From Nanobdellota archaeon (GTDB lineage Archaea > Nanobdellota > Nanobdellia > Pacearchaeales > GW2011-AR1), in the NCBI GenBank assembly GCA_038045405.1, contig JBBSYF010000001.1, forward strand, positions 1,832 through 65,831: DNA of 64,000 bases, written 5' to 3'. Shown piece after piece: positions 44,495-52,895 of the stretch. The notes beneath the pieces were generated by a model that worked only from the letters and a program-made list of their open reading frames with translations, had not been told where the DNA came from and ran no database searches. A program made the translations under genes and the position numbers. The first letter of the stretch is position 1. Every line of letters starts with the position of its first letter.

Positions 44495-44767
44495 ATGTCA
44501 GTAGTCGCAGTAAAAATAAAGCTTATGCCCACCTCACCAGCAACAGATATGAAGCTTCTAGAGAAAGATGTAATCAAATTGCTAGAAGAAGAAAAAGTAA
44601 AGAACCCCAATTTTGAGATTCAACCTATTGCATTTGGGCTAAAAGCCCTTATCATAATGTTCGGTTGGCCTGAAGATAAAGAGTTAGAGCCTCTTGAAGA
44701 AAAGTTCAGCCAAATCAATGACGTTAATTCTGTTGAAGTGCTTGATATTCGAAGGGCGATTGGGTAA
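44495..44767 (+). CDS. ef1b: Elongation factor 1-beta (aEF-1beta)
   Basis: 'VAVKIKLMPTSPATDM' and 'IQPIAFGLKALIIMF' are present. The start was moved to the ATG at 44495, giving 90 aa. Confidence 0.8.
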   Translation: MSVVAVKIKLMPTSPATDMKLLEKDVIKLLEEEKVKNPNFEIQPIAFGLKALIIMFGWPEDKELEPLEEKFSQINDVNSVEVLDIRRAIG

Positions 44768-44801
44768 TTCTCTTGTTCTTAGTTAAATATATTAACATTA
44801 T

Positions 44802-45476
44802 TTGCGACATGTATTCATGTTAACAAAAGAACAAGCCGAAGCAGTAAAGAAACAAATAATTCATCATATTGAAGAAAGTTTTCCTGAAGACAAGAAGAGT
44901 TTTGCTAGGAAAAGAATAGAGTCTATGGCTTCTGAAGAGCTTGAAGAATTTCTCAAGAAAAATAATCTTTCAATGAATCAAACAAGCCAAGAGGCTAACG
45001 GAAAGTCACCACAATGTGTTTTTTGTTCAATTATCTCTGGAGACATCTCTTCCCACAAAATTGATGAGAATGAGTTTGCAATTGCAGTTCTAGAAATAAA
45101 TCCAATTTCTAAAGGGCATATTCTTGTTATTCCAAAAGAGCATTCTGCCAGTCACAAGAAAGAACAAAAGAAGAGTATAGAAAAATTAGTAAAAGACATC
45201 TCAAAATTATTAGAACAAAAGCTAAAACCAAAAAAAGTGATAATTTCTCATTCAAATCTCTTCGGACATGGAACAACAAGTGTAATTCCTCAGTTCAATA
45301 ATGAAACAGCAGAATCAGAAAGACATTCTGCAACTCCCGAGGAAATTTCAGAATTGCAAAAGCTTCTTTCAACGAGAAAAGAAAATCCTACAAAAAAAGT
45401 AGAAAAAATAAAAGTCAAGAAGTCAAAGCCTGAAAGAATTGAAGAAAAAACTTGGCTTCCAAGAAGAATTCCTTAA
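44802..45476 (+). CDS. HIT-like protein with a degenerate histidine triad
   Basis: 'CVFCSIISGD' and 'ISKGHILVIPKEH' look like the HIT fold. However, the canonical HxHxH is replaced by 'SHSNLFGHG'. Confidence 0.5.
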   Translation: MRHVFMLTKEQAEAVKKQIIHHIEESFPEDKKSFARKRIESMASEELEEFLKKNNLSMNQTSQEANGKSPQCVFCSIISGDISSHKIDENEFAIAVLEINPISKGHILVIPKEHSASHKKEQKKSIEKLVKDISKLLEQKLKPKKVIISHSNLFGHGTTSVIPQFNNETAESERHSATPEEISELQKLLSTRKENPTKKVEKIKVKKSKPERIEEKTWLPRRIP

Positions 45477-45578
45477 GGCTCGCATTTGCTCGCTACGCTC
45501 GCTTTAAAAATTAAAAAATTAACATAGTGAAATCAAGCTTTTATTATTAAAAATTTTTTCTACGTTCATATTTTTGTT

Positions 45579-46421
45579 TTAGAACAAAAGTTGCCAATTT
45601 CCATTTTTCCAAAGCCAAGTAAATATTAAAAAACTAATCAAAAACGCTGGAGAGAAAGGAATTCCATGCCTTATTAAAACAAACTTCTGACTTTTTTTCA
45701 GCTGTTTAATTTGTTCTTTCGCCAGCCCATCCCATGTTGCCTTTATCACTTTTCCTTTAACACGAACATCTTTGTAAAGCCAGTCTCCTTCGGTAAGTTC
45801 ACTTGTTCTCGTCTTCTTTATCATGCATGATTCATCAACTGCCTTGGCATACATGTAAACATAAGGGATAAAGAACACAACTACTGCTAAATAGACTAAA
45901 ATTTCATCTAAGAAGAAACCTACAACAGACAAGAGGAGTGCAAAGAACAAAACTAAAAAACTTGCTTTAAAGTGGGTTTTAAACTGCTTTCTAAATTCTT
46001 TTTTGAATTGTTCAAAGTTTCTTATACTGAAAAAAAGACTCCCTAATAAACTGTACACCGCCCCAACAAGGAGAAAGATAATAAAAAATATTACAAAAAA
46101 CTCGAGATTCCTCGTGAAACTTTCTTGAAGAGGAAGAATAGCCCCTAATGCAATCATCAGTTTTGCATCTCCTCCTGCGAACATCTTTCCATAATAAAAC
46201 GCGTTTCCCAATAAAAAGAAAATACCAAGTCCAATCAAGCCTTGATAAAAAAATCCAAAACCTTGCATGGAAAACAGCGAATAAAAAAACCTAAAGCCAA
46301 GAGCAAAAACAATCAACGAAAAGTTAAGCCAGTCTGCTATTTCTCTTTTCCTCAAATCCTGAACAACTGCAAAAGTCATCCAAACCAACGCAAGTGAAAA
46401 TAAGAAAATTGTTTCTATCAT
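45579..46421 (-). CDS. A24-family prepilin/preflagellin peptidase
   Basis: It is polytopic. The catalytic Asp contexts 'VQDLRKREIADWLN' and 'FAGGDAKLM' are present, and there is an extra C-terminal soluble domain. Confidence 0.85.
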   Translation of the reverse strand: MIETIFLFSLALVWMTFAVVQDLRKREIADWLNFSLIVFALGFRFFYSLFSMQGFGFFYQGLIGLGIFFLLGNAFYYGKMFAGGDAKLMIALGAILPLQESFTRNLEFFVIFFIIFLLVGAVYSLLGSLFFSIRNFEQFKKEFRKQFKTHFKASFLVLFFALLLSVVGFFLDEILVYLAVVVFFIPYVYMYAKAVDESCMIKKTRTSELTEGDWLYKDVRVKGKVIKATWDGLAKEQIKQLKKSQKFVLIRHGIPFSPAFLISFLIFTWLWKNGNWQLLF

Positions 46422-46539
46422 AATATAAATCAGAAAACTAAATTTATAAAATGCACGAATAAGATTAGTTAAAAGCAGTGTTAATAGAATAAAATCAAGA
46501 TGTTAAGATTAAAAGTGATTTAACTAGAGTTTTTAATTT

Positions 46540-46650
46540 TTATCTTCTCTTAACTCTTCCCTTTCCGCCAGCTCGATAAGGATGTTTCTTCCTTTCCTTT
46601 CTTTTATCTTTTCCCTTATTTCTTCTCTCTGATGAAACATAGTCTGACAT
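46540..46650 (-). CDS. Possible very basic 36-aa peptide
   Basis: Hand translation gives MSDYVSSERRNKGKDKRKERKKHPYRAGGKGRVKRR. Its composition resembles small ribosomal proteins, but no family was recognised. Confidence 0.2.
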   Translation of the reverse strand: MSDYVSSERRNKGKDKRKERKKHPYRAGGKGRVKRR

Positions 46651-46787
46651 GATTCAGTAAAGAAGGTTCAATTTAAAAAAGTTGGGATGAGGTTGTTAAG
46701 GGCTTAATATAAACACAAGGCTAATAAAAAATTAGTTAGTAGAAGTTACAGTGTACAATGTTTGCTATTAAAATTAATCGGGGAGTT

Positions 46788-47210
46788 TTAAGCACAACTG
46801 ATAGAAGAACAAGCTTCGATGTCATAAGCAGAGTACTTTGCATCAGAAGAGAAAGTTTTACATGTTCCTTTCCTGTCAGCTTCAGCAAGTCCATCAGCTT
46901 TCAAAGTTCTTGGTGCAGTACAGAAATCATACTGACTTCCTGTTGCACATGCAGAACCACATGCAGTAACTACATTTTGAACATTATTTGAAGGTAAGAA
47001 AGGAAGAACTTTATCCCATCCTATTCTAAATCCTAAAACTAGAACAACAAGAACAATAACACCGAGAATTATTAAAATAATAGTAGTCGTGCTCATCTCT
47101 TGAGCTTTCTTACTCTTAGGCAAAAATCCGCTCCCACCACCAAAGATACCACCTGTTTTCTTAGTCATATTAGATTCAGGGTTATTTTGTTTAAAAATGT
47201 TTTTGTTCAT
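46788..47210 (-). CDS. Type IV pilin-like protein
   Basis: The class III signal is 'KSKKAQ/EMSTTTIILIILGVIVLVVLVLGF'. The C-terminus is Cys-rich. Confidence 0.7.
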   Translation of the reverse strand: MNKNIFKQNNPESNMTKKTGGIFGGGSGFLPKSKKAQEMSTTTIILIILGVIVLVVLVLGFRIGWDKVLPFLPSNNVQNVVTACGSACATGSQYDFCTAPRTLKADGLAEADRKGTCKTFSSDAKYSAYDIEACSSISCA

Positions 47211-47226
47211 GATTGTTCACAATCTA

Positions 47227-47535
47227 CTAAGGAAGATTATACCTTACAGACACACCATCTTTTTCCATTTGAATAAATTGACCCTGAACATCAGATTTAA
47301 CTCCTAAGAGTTGTTCTATTTCGCCTTGGCTCATTCCAATGCTGCTGTAAAAAGATATCTTTTCTTTTTCTATTGCTACTTTTTCTGGGAGGTCAATTGA
47401 GTTAAAGTTATTTTTTGTAGCTTTGTTTGAAATATAAAAACTCAAGATAGCAAGAAGGCACACTGCAAGGACTCCAATCACAAGAATTACTATTGGAATA
47501 TCTCCGCGTCTGTTTTTTATTCTTAGATTTTTCAT
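47227..47535 (-). CDS. Type IV pilin-like protein
   Basis: The N-terminus is 'MKNLRIKNRRGD/IPIVILVIGVLAVCLLAILSF'. The start was moved to the ATG immediately after the upstream stop. Confidence 0.6.
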   Translation of the reverse strand: MKNLRIKNRRGDIPIVILVIGVLAVCLLAILSFYISNKATKNNFNSIDLPEKVAIEKEKISFYSSIGMSQGEIEQLLGVKSDVQGQFIQMEKDGVSVRYNLP

Positions 47536-47536
47536 T

Positions 47537-48031
47537 TTATTTTTTCCCGTAAAGCATGAGGTTGAGATTATTTTGCTCATCTAATTTAATTGTTTGTGAA
47601 ACATGTGGACTTGAAGGGCTGAACTCTTCCTTTACGCCGAACCCTCTTCTTCCAAAGAAACTGTTTTCGGAAGAAAGTCCTTGGTTGTCAATTACTCCAA
47701 GCCATACTTTGGAGTATTCATTTGAGTAATATCCAGAGAAAACCTTTATTGAAAGATTCCCATTAGCCTCACTAAAAAACTTATCTTGTTTTATTTGTTC
47801 ATAAATCGTTTTTCCACCATCATCTTTAGTCAGGGTATAAGAAAGCAAAGACTTTGAAGCCAAAACATCTGTCGTTTTAATATTCTTTACCCCGCCACCC
47901 TTACTAAATGCGAATGAGACGGAAAAGATAGATATTGCAAGGATGACGACTATGGCTATAGTTGCAACAAACCAGGTTATAGTATCACCTACTTGTGCTT
48001 TATTATTTTGTATTTTAGTTTTATTTAACAT
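47537..48031 (-). CDS. Type IV pilin-like protein
   Basis: The N-terminus is 'NNKAQ/VGDTITWFVATIAIVVILAISIF'. Confidence 0.6.
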   Translation of the reverse strand: MLNKTKIQNNKAQVGDTITWFVATIAIVVILAISIFSVSFAFSKGGGVKNIKTTDVLASKSLLSYTLTKDDGGKTIYEQIKQDKFFSEANGNLSIKVFSGYYSNEYSKVWLGVIDNQGLSSENSFFGRRGFGVKEEFSPSSPHVSQTIKLDEQNNLNLMLYGKK

Positions 48032-48524
48032 TTTTCTCAGTTTTCCTCACCACAGAAAGGATGTTTACTTGATATTGATTATTTTGTTTGTCGATTGAGT
48101 AAAAGCTTCTGTTCAAACATGTTGGAGAATTCTTCGATGCAGGTTCACAAAAATCTTTCAAATTAGAATTTCCTGCTGACACTTCAACAACCTTTACTTT
48201 AGAATTAAACTCGAGAACTTCTAATTTAACATAAAATTGCTCTTGAGTTTTCCAATCGTAAGCGTCTTCAACTTCAAAGTTTAGACGGCATTTAGTCATG
48301 AAACCATTTTGAAATACAGGAGTTAAAACTTCTTCATTAAGATAACCATTAGTTGAAACACAGTCTGCAATTCTATTTGTCAGTACATTTGCTTCCAGTT
48401 CTCTTATATCATAAGGCTTTCCGTAAAAAGAAATCACCATGTATGAAATTCCAGCAGCAACTAAGAATAAAATTACAAACCAATAAACAGAGATTATCTT
48501 ATCTCCACCTTTTTTATTTTTCAT
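48021..48524 (-). CDS. Type IV pilin-like protein
   Basis: The N-terminus is 'MKNKKGG/DKIISVYWFVILFLVAAGISYMVI'. Confidence 0.6.
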   Translation of the reverse strand: MKNKKGGDKIISVYWFVILFLVAAGISYMVISFYGKPYDIRELEANVLTNRIADCVSTNGYLNEEVLTPVFQNGFMTKCRLNFEVEDAYDWKTQEQFYVKLEVLEFNSKVKVVEVSAGNSNLKDFCEPASKNSPTCLNRSFYSIDKQNNQYQVNILSVVRKTEKNVK

Positions 48525-48931
48525 TTTTCTCCTATAACAAAGTAATACCCTTTGTTGTTTGTGGTATCAAAATTAGCCTTTACATTTACGTCGTTAAAAA
48601 AAGAATAACTTCCCAAAGAATTTTCTGCTCCTTTTTCACGAAGCTGAACCTTTACTGTATTGCCCTCGATAAATACAATCTTATCAAGAGGCCACTTTTC
48701 TTTTTTGGCAATTTTAACAGCATCTTCCATGTTTAAGCTGATTGTCATTCCTGGTTTTGCAGAGTCTATAAGAAGAGCTATTTCTTTTGAGTATCTTTCC
48801 TCGAGAACTGCTGCACTTCCCATCTTGGAGAACAAAAACAAAATCAGAATAGACAGGAAAACGATATTCAGAATAATAAAAATAAGATTCTCTGTTAAAA
48901 TATTTCCTTTTTTGTTTTTCAGAATTTTCAT
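48521..48931 (-). CDS. Type IV pilin-like protein
   Basis: The N-terminus is 'KNKKG/NILTENLIFIILNIVFLSILILF'. Confidence 0.6.
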   Translation of the reverse strand: MKILKNKKGNILTENLIFIILNIVFLSILILFLFSKMGSAAVLEERYSKEIALLIDSAKPGMTISLNMEDAVKIAKKEKWPLDKIVFIEGNTVKVQLREKGAENSLGSYSFFNDVNVKANFDTTNNKGYYFVIGEK

Positions 48932-48932
48932 T

Positions 48933-49691
48933 TTATGCTTTCGTTATGAACTCGTCACATCCAAATTGTGAATTGATACCATCAGATTTTAGGTAGTAGG
49001 GATAAATGAAAACATCACTCGTAGCTTTTCCCCAGTATGCACCCTGCTTCACACCAGTAACAACTGCGTATTTTCCATCACTTATGATTAAGTCCTTGTC
49101 TAAGTCTACTTGTAAATAAGAAATCTTGCTCTGAAAGTCATTTATATCGTTAGAACCGTAGAGATATGAAAAATAAGTTCTATCTCCTTTTTGGGTTGAA
49201 CTCAAGTAGTTATAAAATTCTCGATAGGTTATTTGTGCGTTTTTGTCTGAAACATCCTTATCAAATTCAACCACAGAGCATACAGCGCAGCTATCCGTTC
49301 CCCATCCAGACCTATCGCTAATTCCCAAATAGTTCGCTTTCCCCTCCCCAAACTGCCACCAACAATCAGACATCTTATCTGCAAGAACTTTCATAATTGC
49401 TTCTTTGTTCGAAGCATCCACCTTTACATTTGAAGAAGAGCTTAAGCCAGCGCAATCACTTCCTCCCGACACGCAAGTGTAATCTGTTCTGCAATCTAAT
49501 GAACCAACAAAACCTTCAGTTTTTGATTTTAAAACAACAGAGTTGTGGCAAATTTCTTTGTTCGTTTGCTCTCCGAGATTTAGCCTAAAAAAAAGAATAA
49601 GGATTACAACAAAACTAACAATAATAACAATAAGCCCTACGAGTTGTGCCGTTGTCAATTCTGCTTTTTTATTCATTTTATTTTCACCCAT
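48933..49691 (-). CDS. Type IV pilin-like protein, Cys-rich
   Basis: The N-terminus is 'MNKKAE/LTTAQLVGLIVIIVSFVVILILF'. The mature part contains several Cys residues. Confidence 0.6.
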   Translation of the reverse strand: MGENKMNKKAELTTAQLVGLIVIIVSFVVILILFFRLNLGEQTNKEICHNSVVLKSKTEGFVGSLDCRTDYTCVSGGSDCAGLSSSSNVKVDASNKEAIMKVLADKMSDCWWQFGEGKANYLGISDRSGWGTDSCAVCSVVEFDKDVSDKNAQITYREFYNYLSSTQKGDRTYFSYLYGSNDINDFQSKISYLQVDLDKDLIISDGKYAVVTGVKQGAYWGKATSDVFIYPYYLKSDGINSQFGCDEFITKA

Positions 49692-49695
49692 ATTC

Positions 49696-49803
49696 CTACC
49701 CCATAACTCCTAGTTTCCTAAGTAAAAGATAAACACCTGCAAGAGCTAATCCGAAAAACACTATCCAAGTTAAATATTTTATCAAGTCTTCAATGTTGTC
49801 CAT
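49696..49803 (-). CDS. 35-aa single-TM peptide (below the track cutoff)
   Basis: Hand translation gives MDNIEDLIKYLTWIVFFGLALAGVYLLLRKLGVMG. It sits between pilin genes on the same strand. Confidence 0.35.
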   Translation of the reverse strand: MDNIEDLIKYLTWIVFFGLALAGVYLLLRKLGVMG

Positions 49804-49817
49804 TTTATTTTTTAAGT

Positions 49818-50297
49818 TTACGCTGATGAGATTATCTTACTTTTGTAGTCTACCTTAATTGTTATTGGAGGGTTCGCTATTTCAATATTTCCCCCATCTA
49901 TTTGAAATTTATCTTCGGTGTTTACACATACACCCTCACCGTCACAACTTTCCGCATTATCTTCTTTACAGATGCAGATACATTTGTTCCATCCTAAATT
50001 AGAACAAGATTTTGGAAACTGAAATTGTGTAGTTTTGAACATCGCAATGCCAGTCTCAACATCATGTGGCCAAGTTCCAATATTCCATCCTTTAGGATTG
50101 TAAACGTCTATCAAAGTGCTTTCCGCGTTTATTCCTTGAACAAGAAAATCTATTGACTCTTTCGCAAACTCTAAATCTTTTGCATTTTTCCCATTATTAT
50201 AAAGAGAAAAAAGGAGAAAGGCTAAAAGTCCAATAGAAATAACAGCAATTACAATCTTCAACGTTTCTTCTGCAAGTAGAAACCCTTTTTTGTTCAT
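49818..50297 (-). CDS. Type IV pilin-like protein, Cys-rich
   Basis: The N-terminus is 'MNKKG/FLLAEETLKIVIAVISIGLLAFLLF'. The C-terminal half includes 'CSNLGWNKCICICKEDNAESCDGEGVC'. Confidence 0.65.
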   Translation of the reverse strand: MNKKGFLLAEETLKIVIAVISIGLLAFLLFSLYNNGKNAKDLEFAKESIDFLVQGINAESTLIDVYNPKGWNIGTWPHDVETGIAMFKTTQFQFPKSCSNLGWNKCICICKEDNAESCDGEGVCVNTEDKFQIDGGNIEIANPPITIKVDYKSKIISSA

Positions 50298-50461
50298 TTT
50301 AAAATTCCTAGTAGCACTTTAACTGGCTGATCTGGGACTGTGTTATTGAAAAAATCTATCACAGAACCTTTGAAAAAGTGATAAACTCCATAAATAACAG
50401 CAACGAAAACGAGAACACCTATAATTATTTTGATTAAATTTTCTACCGTTAGTTGTGTCAT
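50294..50461 (-). CDS. 55-aa single-TM peptide (below the track cutoff)
   Basis: Hand translation gives MTQLTVENLIKIIIGVLVFVAVIYGVYHFFKG... Its stop overlaps the next ATG (ATGA). Confidence 0.4.
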   Translation of the reverse strand: MTQLTVENLIKIIIGVLVFVAVIYGVYHFFKGSVIDFFNNTVPDQPVKVLLGILK

Positions 50462-50462
50462 T

Positions 50463-50615
50463 TTATCTGAAAATATTCTTTATGTTATCTATCAAAGAAA
50501 TCCCTTTTCCTTTTAGTATGAATATTGTAATCGTCAGTATAAAGAGCATTGCAACAGCCATTAAAAGCCAGATAAGGTAGTCTGGAATAATCCCTTTGAC
50601 ATCTCTTTTTTTCAT
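50463..50615 (-). CDS. 50-aa pilin-like peptide (below the track cutoff)
   Basis: Hand translation gives MKKRDVKG/IIPDYLIWLLMAVAMLFILTITIFIL... Confidence 0.4.
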   Translation of the reverse strand: MKKRDVKGIIPDYLIWLLMAVAMLFILTITIFILKGKGISLIDNIKNIFR

Positions 50616-50652
50616 GGATAAAAAAACAAACACGATTTAATAAATTTAACTC

Positions 50653-52833
50653 TTAACCCAAATTTCCGAGAACAACAGAAGTTAAGACAAACAATGCCAG
50701 AGTAGATATTACTGACGTTACAAAGAAGAGTATCATCGCACTTGTTAGGTTCTTTCCAGTCTTATTCGTTCTTTCAAGCTTATCTTCTCCAGAGTCTATT
50801 GTTACAAGAGTTCTCGTTAATATGAAGACTATCTGAATGAGATAAATCCCAATTATTAACTGAAGGAAATAAGGAGGTATCATCTTTGAAACATCAAAGA
50901 TGTCCATGATTGCTCCAATGTTTCCAAAGCCAGCAGCAGACTCTCCAGAGAGTTCAGAAAGATTCAGCTTCGTTAAGATAGCAGTTATCATTGCAGCCAG
51001 TCCCACAACAACTCCAGAAAGAAGTGGAGCTAAGAAAGACATGTTGCTTCTCATGTCTGAAACAACCTCTGCAAGCATATCTCTCAATCGTTCATTAATC
51101 TGATGGATGTTTTTTACATATTCTGAAATGCTCATCATGCTTATTGCCGCAATTTGCAACCCTTTTTTCGATGATTCCACAAGAATCCTCATACTTGTAG
51201 CAATTAAATCTGAAGGATAGTAGATTATTGCACCTTTGTTAGGGTCAAATATTGCTCTTTCAACGCTCATTCCCATTTGTCTTATATTATAATTAACTCT
51301 CATAAAAAAGTCTTCAGACACTAAACCCTTTGAAGACTCTGCAATTTTTCCGAAAGCAATTTCTGGAGGAACCTCATTTCCTATTCTATTTCCCAATTGA
51401 AATAAGGAATTGTTAAATTCAGTTTCAAGTTGTTTCGTTCTTTCTCTTTCAATAATCATATCTTTTGTCCTATCTTTGAAAGCTATAGCAAAGAACATCG
51501 CAGCACCAAGAGGAATGAACATGCTGAGTATCAAAGAGCCTACGCCGAATGGCCCAGCGATTTTTCCGGCATCATTTGAAAAGCCAAAGAAATTTTCTTT
51601 TCCAAAGAACGTTAATCCAATTTGTGAAAAAGTAAAATCTTTCTGCAATCCAATCAAAGAAGGTATTGGAGTGTATTGAAATACAAAAGGTAATATTCCC
51701 AGGATTAAGAAAGGAAGTGCAATAAAGAATGCTTTCCAATAAGGTTTTTTACTTTTGTATTTGTAGTAAAGAGGATTTCTTTCAAGTAAAGAAGTCTCTC
51801 CATAACCGCCGGGGCGCAAGAAGATTATTTTGTCTGTCAAGTAGAAAACAAAGAATGGCACAATTAGATTAAACAGAATAAAAATATGAATCCAAGTTAA
51901 CATTCCTCCAAGCATCGCAGTTGCAAGAGGTAATAACGCCAATCCTAAAGTAGGAAGCACAACCCCTAACATGTAAACGTTTGTTAATGGGCTCCGAACG
52001 TCATGAGTGAACTTCAACATTTTTTCATAAACTCCTTCAAGAACAACTCGCAAGGATTTCTCCAAACTCAAAATTCTACGAGAATTATCAGGCTCATACA
52101 AACTGCTTTCAATTAAATGAAATGCTTCAATGAACTCGACAGAATAATCTCTCCATGTTTCAAGGTAGTTATCTAAACTTTCCTTTATCGTTGAAAATTT
52201 TCCTATTTGAACATTGTAAAAAACTTTCTTGAAATCTAAAGCTAAGGGATAGCTTAAATGTTCTGAAGCAAACTCTACAGCCCTCTCTAAATTTGAAGTG
52301 TGTCTCATGTAAACAACAATGTACAATATTGCTGGAACCATCTGACTGCTTGCCTTCAACCGCCATTTATTCGCAAGTCTTGCCGGATAATCTTTCATAA
52401 AATAGAATGCAAAGAAGGAAAGAACAGACATTAGAAAGAAAAATAAGAACGGAAAAGAAGCAAGATTTCCATTAATTAAGACTATTGAAAAGGATAAGAC
52501 AAGCCCTATGAAAAAAACACTAAGGAAAGAAACTACGCTTAGCGTCAAAGGTTGCCAAGCTTCTAAATCAAGATGTGCTATTTCAAGTTGTCTTCTAATT
52601 TTCGCTTCGTCCTTTTCTGAAACTTTTAACTTGATAAGATTCCCAAGGCTTTTACACCATTTTTCATATCTTGAAGTCTCTGGTGCCATCTCGTCTTTAA
52701 ATTTAACATAAGACTGGCTGTAATCTCCGGAACCAACGCCACGAGCATTAAAAGTGGAAACTTGTGAGTCTATCTTACTTCCATATTCTCTAAGAATGTC
52801 ATCAACTTCTTTTTTTTCAGGTGGCATTTTCAA
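50653..52833 (-). CDS. Polytopic membrane platform protein (FlaJ/TadC/PilC-like)
   Basis: The ORF is 726 aa with many TM helices separated by two cytoplasmic helical domains. It lies immediately downstream of the secretion ATPase. Position and topology support the call, and no strict motif was identified. Confidence 0.55.
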   Translation of the reverse strand: MKMPPEKKEVDDILREYGSKIDSQVSTFNARGVGSGDYSQSYVKFKDEMAPETSRYEKWCKSLGNLIKLKVSEKDEAKIRRQLEIAHLDLEAWQPLTLSVVSFLSVFFIGLVLSFSIVLINGNLASFPFLFFFLMSVLSFFAFYFMKDYPARLANKWRLKASSQMVPAILYIVVYMRHTSNLERAVEFASEHLSYPLALDFKKVFYNVQIGKFSTIKESLDNYLETWRDYSVEFIEAFHLIESSLYEPDNSRRILSLEKSLRVVLEGVYEKMLKFTHDVRSPLTNVYMLGVVLPTLGLALLPLATAMLGGMLTWIHIFILFNLIVPFFVFYLTDKIIFLRPGGYGETSLLERNPLYYKYKSKKPYWKAFFIALPFLILGILPFVFQYTPIPSLIGLQKDFTFSQIGLTFFGKENFFGFSNDAGKIAGPFGVGSLILSMFIPLGAAMFFAIAFKDRTKDMIIERERTKQLETEFNNSLFQLGNRIGNEVPPEIAFGKIAESSKGLVSEDFFMRVNYNIRQMGMSVERAIFDPNKGAIIYYPSDLIATSMRILVESSKKGLQIAAISMMSISEYVKNIHQINERLRDMLAEVVSDMRSNMSFLAPLLSGVVVGLAAMITAILTKLNLSELSGESAAGFGNIGAIMDIFDVSKMIPPYFLQLIIGIYLIQIVFILTRTLVTIDSGEDKLERTNKTGKNLTSAMILFFVTSVISTLALFVLTSVVLGNLG

Positions 52834-52895
52834 CTCTTTTGTAGATGATATAGAGAATAAAAACTAATTAATAAATGTTAACTTAAGAACAACCT

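Noticed and set aside
45479-45507. GC-rich triple GCTCGC (ggctcgcatttgctcgctacgctcgc) after the HIT-like gene
   Set aside because: It has no complementarity for a hairpin and no tRNA-like features. It is probably a chance low-complexity patch.
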